From positions 1-56,714 of IMG/VR virus record IMGVR_UViG_3300045741_000168: a stretch of DNA of 56,714 bases, one strand, 5' to 3'. The position numbers and the translations under genes were made by a program. This DNA is from a virus (Duplodnaviria; Caudoviricetes). Below, one piece after another: positions 38,196 to 46,792 of the stretch. The notes under the pieces are model-generated. The model searched no databases, was not told where the DNA came from, and was given only the letters and a program-made list of their open reading frames with translations. Position 1 is the stretch's first letter. Every line of letters begins with the position of its first letter.

Positions 38196-39998
38196 ATGAG
38201 CACACCAACTACAGACAGGCGCTACGGCCTGACAGCAGACAAAGGCATGAAGGCTCCTTGTCGTGTAGCTACAACAACTAACATAACATTATCTGGAGAA
38301 CAGACAATAGATGGCGTGGCAGTTGTTGCCGATGACCGTGTATTAGTCAAGAATCAGACCAATTCAATAGATAATGGAATATATCTAGTTAGTACAGGAG
38401 CATGGGCCAGAGATTATGATGCCGACAATAATCTCGATCTAGTTAGCGGAACTACTGTATTTGTTAATGCAGGAAGTATTAACGGTAACAGTTATTTTGT
38501 TTTGACCTCAGTTAACCCTATACAACCAGGCACTACTGGGCAAACTTGGGTAGTTGTTACGGCTGCGGCACTTGTAAACCTAGCCGCATCATCTGGTTCA
38601 TCTCTGGTCGGATTCCTCCAAGCTGGAACAGGCGCAGTTGCGCGGACTACGCAGGCGAAGATGCGGGAGATTGTTAGTGTGACGGATTTCGGTGCGATTG
38701 GTGATGGGGCTACAGATAATGCCGCAGCATTCGCACTTGCGCGGACGTATGCGGCCTCATCAGTTTGCACCTTGGTATTTCCTCCTGGCACCTACAATTA
38801 TTCGGTCATTCAGAATTTTAATTTCCAGGGAGCGAGATTACTTGGCCTTGGCAAAGTCAATCTACATTTCACCGGCACCGGGAACTGCTGGTCTGTTGAT
38901 GCCGGGCCGAATCCAGGTGATGGGACAGTCGTCGATGTGGAGATGGACAATTTTACGATCTCGGGAACAGCATCAGCCACAAATGGTCTGTTGAGCCGAG
39001 GTGCGGATCACTGCACATTCCGAAACATCAATGTTACCAATGTAACAGCGGCCGGGCTAAATGTTGTTCGGAACACAGCAAGTCTGTTCGAGAATTTCAG
39101 GTGCTCCTTGACTGAGGCAGCATTCAGCACCACCCCAGCGAATGGGATATTGATAGAGCAGAGAGTCAGCCAACAGACCTCAGCTTGCACATTTATTCAA
39201 CCGATCATAGAGGGCGTAAGCGGGTCTGGGTTAAAGCTCGCGGCCAGTGGTTGCCTGCGTTGCAATTTCCAGGGAGGCACCATCGAGGGCAACGGTGGAT
39301 TGGGCATAGAAATACTTGCTAGTAGTGCTGGAAATGTATTCAATTGCATTGATCTTGAGGGCAATACGCTTGGTGATATTTCGGTAACATCAAACTACAA
39401 CACATTCATAGGCATATTGGGAATCTCAAACGTAGCAAACACAATACATCTACTATCTCCTGCGCTAGGAAATACATTTCACGGCGGACAAGTCGGAAAC
39501 GTGACCCTTGATTCTGGCACATATAGCAATGGATTCTTCGGGACAACTTATCTTTTTGGCGCTGGAACATATACCGATAATGGATCAGGAAATATCAGAG
39601 TCGGAACATACAACCAAAACACATCGTCTAATGAGGCACTGAGGGCCGGAACTACGCTAATCTCAGATGTTGGCGCAGTTGTGATGACCCGGAAGGCGCT
39701 TACTTATGCAGCGCCGACGGCGGTGAATGCTGCGACAGGAAATTGGTTCGACTTGACGGTTAGTGATGGATCGGCTTTTACTATTTCCAGCCCAACTAAC
39801 TCAGTAGACGGTCAACGGATTTCTATTACAGTTCGCAATTCATCGGGCGGGGCTGGTGGAGTAATTACGTGGGGAGCATCTTACAAAATGTCGGCATGGA
39901 CAAATCCTGCAAACGGATTCAGCCGCACCATTGACTTCAAATATAACGGAACAAATTGGGTTCAGGTTTCGCAGACAGGAGTAGATGTTCCTAACTAA
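38196..39998 (+). CDS. Tailspike / receptor-binding protein with beta-helix domain
   Basis: N-terminal CRVATTTNITLSGEQTIDG...RVLVKNQT; VTDFGAIGDGATDN pectate-lyase-like start. Confidence 0.8.
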   Translation: MSTPTTDRRYGLTADKGMKAPCRVATTTNITLSGEQTIDGVAVVADDRVLVKNQTNSIDNGIYLVSTGAWARDYDADNNLDLVSGTTVFVNAGSINGNSYFVLTSVNPIQPGTTGQTWVVVTAAALVNLAASSGSSLVGFLQAGTGAVARTTQAKMREIVSVTDFGAIGDGATDNAAAFALARTYAASSVCTLVFPPGTYNYSVIQNFNFQGARLLGLGKVNLHFTGTGNCWSVDAGPNPGDGTVVDVEMDNFTISGTASATNGLLSRGADHCTFRNINVTNVTAAGLNVVRNTASLFENFRCSLTEAAFSTTPANGILIEQRVSQQTSACTFIQPIIEGVSGSGLKLAASGCLRCNFQGGTIEGNGGLGIEILASSAGNVFNCIDLEGNTLGDISVTSNYNTFIGILGISNVANTIHLLSPALGNTFHGGQVGNVTLDSGTYSNGFFGTTYLFGAGTYTDNGSGNIRVGTYNQNTSSNEALRAGTTLISDVGAVVMTRKALTYAAPTAVNAATGNWFDLTVSDGSAFTISSPTNSVDGQRISITVRNSSGGAGGVITWGASYKMSAWTNPANGFSRTIDFKYNGTNWVQVSQTGVDVPN

Positions 39999-40054
39999 AG
40001 CCTTATTATTGCACAACAGAAAGGTGACATATTTACTAATAGGCAATAAAAATA

Positions 40055-40435
40055 ATGTCAGAACAAAAACAAGAAGGTGTTTTCCATTATAAATCTGATA
40101 AAATTGATGAGAAAATCTTGCAAGAAGTCTTGAGAATCCATGATGATATTACTATCATTAGAGCAGATCTGGTAAACGCTGAAATGATGGCGCCTGTCAT
40201 ATCCAAGGCTGTCGCAGATGGTCTAAAGCTCGCAGCAGGCAGTCCTGAAACGTGGGCAGCGGTGGCTGATGGCATCAGGGCTAGGGCCACGGCAAGCGCC
40301 GGAGGATGGCTATTCGGTGGACTCGCTACCTTGTTTAAGCGCCTTGCATGGATCGCCTTGATATTGATCTGCGCCTACATTGCTGGCGGCCACAAGGCGA
40401 TCCTTGCATTGGTCAAGGCGGCGACTGCCGAATGA
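40055..40435 (+). CDS. Membrane protein (possible holin/antiholin)
   Basis: Hydrophobic C-terminal segment; in the lysis region. Confidence 0.5.
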   Translation: MSEQKQEGVFHYKSDKIDEKILQEVLRIHDDITIIRADLVNAEMMAPVISKAVADGLKLAAGSPETWAAVADGIRARATASAGGWLFGGLATLFKRLAWIALILICAYIAGGHKAILALVKAATAE

Positions 40436-40629
40436 TGGGGCCTGTAGCCTACCTAGTCATCGGTGAACCGCATTACAGGGCGGTGTTCCTGGAGCACGAG
40501 CCAGCCATCAAAGCAGCGGTGGAGCATCACGGACTTGTCCGAAACCTGGTGCTGGAGGATCAAGTGGCGACGCTGTGCTCGGCAGCGTATCAGCAGGGGA
40601 TTGATACTGCTGACAGGAGGATGTCATGA
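40432..40629 (+). CDS. Hypothetical protein
   Basis: ATGA-coupled start. Confidence 0.4.
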   Translation: MMGPVAYLVIGEPHYRAVFLEHEPAIKAAVEHHGLVRNLVLEDQVATLCSAAYQQGIDTADRRMS

Positions 40630-40820
40630 TCTTTTCTATGCAAGATTTATGCGCCATAACTGGTGCAGATTTATCTGTCATTGATAATGGCCCAGTTATC
40701 CCTAAGCCGCACACAGGGCATGAATACCAGAATCTGCCATTTGACATGGATAGTACTCCATCCCACTCAATGAGATTCATATCTACTTCTTTATTCTGAA
40801 TTGCGTGGGTAAATTTCATT

Positions 40821-41240
40821 ATGAACCTAATTGATTGGATGCAAAGGGAAGAGGGCTGCAAGCTCTACGCCTACCAAGACTCACTCGGATTCTGGACTAT
40901 CGGATACGGAACTCTTATCGACCAGCGGGGCGGCGGGATAACTGAGGAGGAGGCGCTGTATCTCCTGACGCATCGCCTCGACACGACAAAGAATTCTGTT
41001 ATATCCGCTCTTCCATGGGTCTCTGGGTGCGCGGAAGTACGTCAGGCAGTCATCTTCGCAATGGCATTCCAACTCGGCCTGCACGGGATGCTCGCTTTCC
41101 ACAGGATGCTCACAGCGGCGCACGATGGGAATTGGGAATTAGCGGCGAAGGAACTTCTGAACTCGAAGTTGGCGACTCAGACTCCGGCACGGGCACAGCG
41201 GACGGCGGAGATGCTTCGGACGGGGGAATGGCCTTTGTAA
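40821..41240 (+). CDS. Endolysin (phage lysozyme, GH24-like)
   Basis: EEGCKLYAYQDSLGFWTIGYG, MAFQLG, QTPARA. Confidence 0.9.
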   Translation: MNLIDWMQREEGCKLYAYQDSLGFWTIGYGTLIDQRGGGITEEEALYLLTHRLDTTKNSVISALPWVSGCAEVRQAVIFAMAFQLGLHGMLAFHRMLTAAHDGNWELAAKELLNSKLATQTPARAQRTAEMLRTGEWPL

Positions 41241-41607
41241 TTCCGCATAAAGAACAAAGTAGATGATCTTCTTGCGGTTTGCGCAAAAATCCAGTCCACA
41301 CCCAGTTATGCCTGCACCTATCTGGAGCGATCGTTGCCACAGCTCTTTTCTCGTCATTTATGGGTACAAGCGTAGTTTTGAAACCTTTCGAGCACTCTTT
41401 GCACAGACACGTCCAAGCACCAAAGTTAATCCGACGTCGAATGTCGGCGATGTAGAAACACTTCGCCCCGCAGTTGTCGCACAAACGGTAATCTATTCCT
41501 GCCATATCATTTACCCAGAAGCTGGTATACAACCCAAGCAAAGCAGATCAGGCCTCCGACAACTGCGCCTTGTGCCATGCCGCGCCACATTGCATATAGA
41601 AAATCTC

Positions 41608-41898
41608 TCATGTCATTTCCCTTCTGAATGCGGCTTCGGAAGCTGCTGCCAATGAGTCGGGTGAAGGCGGCTGCGGAAGCGGATGCCAATGAGTCGGGTG
41701 AAAAGCTATATCAGTTTCCCAATAACCGTCGTGAACTTCTTCTGTTTTGTATACGTCTCCGTCCTCTGCCGGACGCACAAATATAAGCTCTTCTTTCCAG
41801 GTATGGCAATAAAAGCCAACATCCATCTCGCCGTTGTCGTTTACAAGAAGTATTTTGGTGCCGTCTTTAGGCGCTGTTTCTATCGGTAGCCAACTCAT
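41608..41898 (-). CDS. DUF551-like protein
   Basis: WLPIETAPKDGT...PTHWHPLP. Confidence 0.75.
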   Translation of the reverse strand: MSWLPIETAPKDGTKILLVNDNGEMDVGFYCHTWKEELIFVRPAEDGDVYKTEEVHDGYWETDIAFHPTHWHPLPQPPSPDSLAAASEAAFRREMT

Positions 41899-41923
41899 GT
41901 CATTTCTCCTTGGAGGTTAAATA

Positions 41924-42331
41924 ATGTCACTCGATCCAGTAACAGCACTTCTCGATATTGGCAGTAAAGTCATCGACAGGCTTTGGCCCGACCCGACGCA
42001 GGCCGCCGCCGCGAAGCTCGAACTGTTCAAGCTCCAGCAATCTGGCGAACTCGCGCAGATGACTGGGCAACTGGAGATCAACAAGGTCGAGGCGGCAAGT
42101 ACGAGTCTGTTCACGAGTGGATGGAGACCAGCCATTGGCTGGGTCTGCGGCGCAGGGTTTGCTTGCCAGTTCGTCATAGGGCCACTTGCGAGTTGGGGGA
42201 GCCGATTGGTAGGACATCCTGTCGATCTGCCTCCGCTCGATGTTGGCGCGATGATGCCTCTGCTATTCGGGATGCTTGGCATGGGCGCATATCGGACTGC
42301 GGAGAAGATTCAGGGCGTGGCGGCTAAGTAG
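41924..42331 (+). CDS. Holin (3TM family)
   Basis: SGWRPAIGWVC...LLFGMLGMGAYRTAEK. Confidence 0.85.
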   Translation: MSLDPVTALLDIGSKVIDRLWPDPTQAAAAKLELFKLQQSGELAQMTGQLEINKVEAASTSLFTSGWRPAIGWVCGAGFACQFVIGPLASWGSRLVGHPVDLPPLDVGAMMPLLFGMLGMGAYRTAEKIQGVAAK

Positions 42332-43284
42332 GCTCTAATGAACTCCGCCGCGACTTGCGGGACGATAGCGTTGCCGTAGGCGCGCAGGCGTCCCACACGG
42401 CTGGTAGTCCCATTAGCCAACGGGAAAATGCCGGGTTGAGTTGGCCTGGCTTTGCCGTCGGAGCACTGGAGCCATTCGATGTCGCACCAAGGACTAGATA
42501 CGCTTGTACCTCTATGCCAACCTGGCGATTGGATTCGGATCGCGCCTTGGCCATCGACTGATTGCTGAGCCGCATCTTTGCATCTGTCGCATTCGGCGTC
42601 GCCCAGTTGGCCAGCCACGCTGCTCGGCCCAGCCGCGCATTGATCGGCACGTTGTTGCACTGTGACCCGTCCTTCCAATCCCGCGTCGTCGGTGTCGGCC
42701 ACAGTGACAATGCCACTTGTTGCGTTAGTGGTATCCCCGTATCGTGTGGCCTTGGAGGCGCAACTCCCCGACTGTGATCTTGGGCAGTCGGAGACACCCA
42801 CGAACCATAATCGCTGCCTGATGTGCGGTGCCCCGACGCTGCAAGCCGGTAAATCTGTCGCCCCGACGGAGTAACCCGCGCTTTCCATGTCATCCGAAAC
42901 AAGGTCGAACCAGGCGAGTGCATTGGCAACCTGCTCTCCAAACACAATTTCAGGGCTGCACTCAGTGATGAGACGGAACCATGTGGGCCAGAGGTGCCGA
43001 CTGTCATCGAAGCCTTTTTGCTTCCCTGATGAACTGAATGGCTGGCATGGACAGCTTCCAGTCCAGACCGGTCGATCGTCCGGCCATCCTGCGAGTCGCA
43101 AGGCGTAGCTCCATCCTCCAATGCCTGCGAAGAAGTGGCATTGTTCATATCCTCTGAGATCGTCTGGTTTGACATCCTCGATGCTCCTCTCGTCCACATC
43201 ACCGGGCGCAATATGCCCCGCAACAATCAAGATGCGCAGCCATGCCGCTGCGAATGGACCATTTTCGTTGTAGTAAGCGGCCAT
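42310..43284 (-). CDS. C5-cytosine DNA methyltransferase (alpha polypeptide)
   Basis: FFAGIGG, GSCPCQPFS, EQV, GAPHIRQRLW, RLRAYGNAIV. Confidence 0.9.
   Translation of the reverse strand: MAAYYNENGPFAAAWLRILIVAGHIAPGDVDERSIEDVKPDDLRGYEQCHFFAGIGGWSYALRLAGWPDDRPVWTGSCPCQPFSSSGKQKGFDDSRHLWPTWFRLITECSPEIVFGEQVANALAWFDLVSDDMESAGYSVGATDLPACSVGAPHIRQRLWFVGVSDCPRSQSGSCASKATRYGDTTNATSGIVTVADTDDAGLEGRVTVQQRADQCAAGPSSVAGQLGDAECDRCKDAAQQSVDGQGAIRIQSPGWHRGTSVSSPWCDIEWLQCSDGKARPTQPGIFPLANGTTSRVGRLRAYGNAIVPQVAAEFIRAYLAATP
42324..43175 (-). CDS. Overlapping-frame methyltransferase beta polypeptide (TRD and motif IX)
   Basis: GAGGAG RBS before MSNQT; WVSP/WPTP/WATP repeats; GQLNPAFSRWLMGLP. Confidence 0.7.
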   Translation of the reverse strand: MSNQTISEDMNNATSSQALEDGATPCDSQDGRTIDRSGLEAVHASHSVHQGSKKASMTVGTSGPHGSVSSLSAALKLCLESRLPMHSPGSTLFRMTWKARVTPSGRQIYRLAASGHRTSGSDYGSWVSPTAQDHSRGVAPPRPHDTGIPLTQQVALSLWPTPTTRDWKDGSQCNNVPINARLGRAAWLANWATPNATDAKMRLSNQSMAKARSESNRQVGIEVQAYLVLGATSNGSSAPTAKPGQLNPAFSRWLMGLPAVWDACAPTATLSSRKSRRSSLEPT

Positions 43285-43623
43285 TTTCAGAGCGTGGCGT
43301 CGAAATAGTCATAGCCCCCGTCTCTCCGAGGTGTCACGTCGATCTGCGGAGCATCCTGACCCCTGACGTTCTCTAGCCGCACATTACCGCGGTCTCCGCT
43401 TCCGCCAGCGTACTCCGGGGCCGGGTTGTGCTGGATTCGGTCCCTCATTTCAGGCCCCCCGAAGAATTCATATCCATGTACTATCACGCACAACAACTGC
43501 AATAAGCAGAGCCAAACAGATAATCCCGGCAATCCAATGCCCAAACGTGAAAAATGCGATGGTTGCCAGAATAAGCATTAGACTTTCCATATTCGTTCCC
43601 TCATTTCATGCCCCCCAGAAGAA

Positions 43624-43863
43624 TTAAACGGCTTCCCAATCATCGGCCAGTATGTCTGTTTGCGAAGCCAACCACGGAACGCGAGCTCCGGGGATGTTTT
43701 GCGCATCGATAGGATAGTTGATGTAAATGTACGGAAGCGTCATCTTGCTGTGTTCGTCAGGTATTTGTAGCTCAAGCCAGAGACCTTTGCCGTTCCATCC
43801 GCTTCTGGCAACTTTTCCGCCATCATTTAATAGTTCCAATGCTTGTCCTATTTTCATCTTCAC
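43624..43863 (-). CDS. DUF2829 / Tad2-family anti-defence sponge protein
   Basis: GQALELLNDGGKVARSGWNGKG...PWLASQTDILADDW. Confidence 0.8.
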   Translation of the reverse strand: MKMKIGQALELLNDGGKVARSGWNGKGLWLELQIPDEHSKMTLPYIYINYPIDAQNIPGARVPWLASQTDILADDWEAV

Positions 43864-44012
43864 CCCTTTTGTTTGCTGTCAGTCGGCTGGCGACAGCAAC
43901 CCCGTCACACTTGTCGCTTAAAAGGCTCGACAGTCTGCCCGCGACGCTGTTCGTCGAATCACTGCTACGCATCATCACTGCGCTTCACCACCACCTGATA
44001 GCACTTCATGTT

Positions 44013-44339
44013 TTAGAGCCTGCTTGGCGAGTCTGGGTGCAGGACCACTGCCGACATACATGCGTCCCAACGCTTTGCGGCTTCGCTCGCCGCTTCTTCT
44101 TGTGACAACGGATACAGAGCAGCAGTGTCGATAGATGAAAACTGTCTGAATACGATGTACCCAACTATTTCGCGACTAGCATTGAGCAGCCGCTCAACCT
44201 CAGCGCGCAGCCGCTCAATTTCGTCGGCAGCTTCGATATTTAGCTTTCCACGTTGAATCGTATGCGGGTCTATATTCACACCAGTACGCATCATATTGGC
44301 GAGCCAAGGTTCGCGCAGGCGCTCTAGGATGTCGCTCAT
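44013..44339 (-). CDS. Hypothetical protein
   Basis: MSDILERLR...EAADEIERLRAE, a common phage motif. Confidence 0.6.
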   Translation of the reverse strand: MSDILERLREPWLANMMRTGVNIDPHTIQRGKLNIEAADEIERLRAEVERLLNASREIVGYIVFRQFSSIDTAALYPLSQEEAASEAAKRWDACMSAVVLHPDSPSRL

Positions 44340-44347
44340 GTCAAGTT

Positions 44348-44655
44348 CCTTTAAGTTCTTCCCATACTGCCTTTGCAGCCTGATACGCGGCGGTATAGGC
44401 TCGGGTACGGCCATTTACAGCCATCCGCGAAGTGCTCTAGTGAGCGCGATAGAGCGTGCGCGCGCTTCAACGCGATGGGTTTGCCAAAGCTTCCGAGGGG
44501 CCCTTCATCAGGTGCAGCAGCGTGATACATCGCGCCGTTTCCAAACACCGATAGGTAGCCGCCGCCATTGAGAGCCCTCATTGCCGCCGCTTCCGTTTTG
44601 TTCATGTTGCCGCCCCTTTAAGTTCTTCCCATACCGCCTTTGCCGCCTGATACGC
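44348..44655. repeat. 41-bp direct repeat at gene boundaries
   Basis: cctttaagttcttcccata(c)...gcctgatacgc at 44348-44388 and 44615-44655, 2 mismatches. Confidence 0.85.
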
Positions 44656-44925
44656 AGCGCCGCCGACCTGCCACACAAACGGCTCGGTGCTGTGCTGCCG
44701 CATTTGTAGCTGCCACCACTCACCAAAATCCTGCGCCGGCTGCCACCAAAGAAAAGTATCTGCTGCCAGCCATTCCTCACCGTCCCACTTTGTCCATTGC
44801 CAGCCCTCAGAGCATTGCTGGTGCATGGACTTGTTGAGCGTTTTGTACCACCCGACTTTTCGTGGCAGGTCACAAGGCGGACTCCAAGTCACCGACCAGG
44901 CCCCCGAATATCTGACTGCATCCAC
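44602..44925 (-). CDS. Hypothetical Trp-rich protein
   Basis: PRKVGWY...KWDGEEW. Confidence 0.5.
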   Translation of the reverse strand: MDAVRYSGAWSVTWSPPCDLPRKVGWYKTLNKSMHQQCSEGWQWTKWDGEEWLAADTFLWWQPAQDFGEWWQLQMRQHSTEPFVWQVGGAAYQAAKAVWEELKGAAT

Positions 44926-45071
44926 ATGATGGCAAAGATCACAGCCTGCCGCGCTCGTCTGTAGTCTGGTGTTCTGACGCTTTCAGGGCGAGTATCCATC
45001 TCTTCACGGACTGCCCGGAGTAACCTTAATATCTTCTCGTCGTGCTGTTCGGATGCAGATTTGTTCACCAT
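44889..45071 (-). CDS. Hypothetical protein
   Basis: Overlaps neighbours in the operon. Confidence 0.45.
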   Translation of the reverse strand: MVNKSASEQHDEKILRLLRAVREEMDTRPESVRTPDYRRARQAVIFAIMWMQSDIRGPGR

Positions 45072-45661
45072 TTCGTTTTCCTCTTCGCCAATCCAATCAA
45101 ACTAAGCCCAGCAGCAATCAGTTGCAGGGTTGGCGGCTCAGGCACTGGCGGCGGTGTGGACACGACAAGCTGATCCAAGGTGTTCTGTGTTCCGACAAAC
45201 AGGCTCAGTCCAGCGCCATAGGCCTCGTACCACGAGCCGCTAAGTTGATACCAATCGAAGGCCTGGGGTATGGGTGACTGCCCAGGCATCGCAAGTCCAG
45301 AATCGGATGCACTGGAAAACACCACGGTGTAGAGGCCAGGAGGCAGCCACAGACTGTCCGCGATGCCGAACCATCCGCGCTGAAACGGCGGGATGTATGT
45401 GCTGGCCTGATAGATCAGAGAACCTGAGCCTGGAAATTCGGTGTAAATCGAGACCGTCAGATCGGCCCAGTTCTCCGAGTCGAAGTAACCATCGATATTG
45501 GTGATTGTTTCGGCCTCACCCATGCCGAACGACACTCCAAGGCTTTGCTGCCAATTCACAGAATAGAGCGCGCCATATGGATTGCTGCCGGTGTTGACCA
45601 GAGTGTTGGCTGATGCGACAGCCGCGATTGAGAGTAAGAGCGTCGCGAGTAATCGTTTCAT
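45065..45661 (-). CDS. Secreted PEP-CTERM-sorted protein
   Basis: Signal peptide MKRLLATLLLSIAAVASA; C-terminal VPEP, hydrophobic helix, KRK. Confidence 0.85.
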   Translation of the reverse strand: MKRLLATLLLSIAAVASANTLVNTGSNPYGALYSVNWQQSLGVSFGMGEAETITNIDGYFDSENWADLTVSIYTEFPGSGSLIYQASTYIPPFQRGWFGIADSLWLPPGLYTVVFSSASDSGLAMPGQSPIPQAFDWYQLSGSWYEAYGAGLSLFVGTQNTLDQLVVSTPPPVPEPPTLQLIAAGLSLIGLAKRKTKW

Positions 45662-45948
45662 ACCAACCACCACACCAGCAGCGCAGTCCATGCCACCGAA
45701 AACAAGATCAGCCATATCCATATCCGGCGTTGTGCCTGAGCGTCGCGCAGAGCTTCCTCCATCAACCATTGGTTTTCTTCATCGTCTGTCATGGTTTCTC
45801 TCCATCTACCAATGACTTCATAGCTTTTTCGTAGAGTGGTTTAGCAGTTGTTATTACCACATGCCCGATGTAGTACATCATCGCGGCACCAGATAACACA
45901 CCGAATAGATAAATTCCAAGCACAACAATTGCGTCAAATAGGTTCATG

Positions 45949-46170
45949 TTACCCCATCTTGTCGATAGTTAGCGCCATCAGCCTTGCGACTTCCTTGTCA
46001 GTGGTTCTCTGTCCGCCAGGCAATACCCAACCTTCATGGAATGGAGTGCCGAACTGATCTGTTCCAGCATCACCCCAGATAATCCTGCCCTTGCCGATGG
46101 TTATATTCAACTCGTGAGTGAACCGGCCAATTTCTTTGTCCTGTATATGTTTCTTTCCTGGAGCGTTCAT
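45949..46170 (-). CDS. Hypothetical protein
   Basis: Overlaps the upstream stop; GWVLPGG. Confidence 0.55.
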   Translation of the reverse strand: MNAPGKKHIQDKEIGRFTHELNITIGKGRIIWGDAGTDQFGTPFHEGWVLPGGQRTTDKEVARLMALTIDKMG

Positions 46171-46670
46171 TTAATATCGATCCTTCTCTCTTGTACCAGG
46201 TGGCAACCGGGAATCTCGACACCATCTTTCAGAAACTTTGCCAGTAATGTTTTGTCTGGCTCTGGTGGCGGTGGCGGTGGATGCCTCATATATTCAGCAG
46301 GAATAAAGTCAACCTCGTCTATTATTACTTTTGGCGGATTGTTTTTGATCGAGATTGCAAAGTAAGGACTATCTACCTTTGATATTCCTGCATACTCCAT
46401 GCAGTCCAGAAGATACTTCTTCAGCCTGGCAGACCTATTCTCAAGGGCCTTCCTGCGACTGTGCATCTGTTCTTCAGCCTGCTTTATAGAAGAAGCCAAG
46501 GCTTCCAGGTTACGACTGAACATCGCAACGTTGGTGGCCTTGGTTTCAAGATCACCGCCGAGCGAATCCAGAGTATCCCTGACAGTTACCTCATCCAAGT
46601 CCAATTCCGATAACTTCTCGATGGACTGACGGTACTCTGTAGCTAATTGATATAACGCTGGTAATGTCAT
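46167..46670 (-). CDS. Siphovirus Gp157-family protein
   Basis: LYQLATEY...ISIKNNPPKVII...PDKTLL...GVEIPGCHL; start MTLPAL at 46670. Confidence 0.85.
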   Translation of the reverse strand: MTLPALYQLATEYRQSIEKLSELDLDEVTVRDTLDSLGGDLETKATNVAMFSRNLEALASSIKQAEEQMHSRRKALENRSARLKKYLLDCMEYAGISKVDSPYFAISIKNNPPKVIIDEVDFIPAEYMRHPPPPPPEPDKTLLAKFLKDGVEIPGCHLVQERRIDIK

Positions 46671-46674
46671 AATA

Positions 46675-46783
46675 AATCCTTGCTTTGCTTCGCAGAACCC
46701 TGCCACGCCGCGCCCCACACCGCCGAGCCCATCCGCGCCAGCACTGCCTGGCATCACCGCGCCCTGCCCGACCGCGCCGCGCC
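46675..46783 (-). ncRNA. Downstream GGY-NN pentamer array (22 units), candidate guide RNA
   Basis: ggcgc ggcgc ggtcg ggcag ggcgc ggtga tgcca ggcag tgct ggcgc ggatg ggctc ggcgg tgtgg ggcgc ggcgt ggcag ggttc tgcga agcaa agcaa ggatt. Confidence 0.75.
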
Positions 46784-46792
46784 GTGATTATA

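Noticed and set aside
38196-40050. BPP-1-type diversity-generating retroelement
   Set aside because: No reverse transcriptase gene and no TR/VR repeat pair seen.
43880-43960. tRNA-Lys-like element on the minus strand (CTTTTAA loop in a stem)
   Set aside because: No TTCGA T-loop and no clean D-arm or acceptor stem with CCA; at best a decayed remnant. tRNAscan-SE or ARAGORN would settle it.
46671-46757. Gly-rich N-terminal extension of the Gp157 ORF in the ORF track
   Set aside because: It is read-through of the pentamer array; family-like sequence starts at MTLPAL (46670) after an AAGGA RBS.
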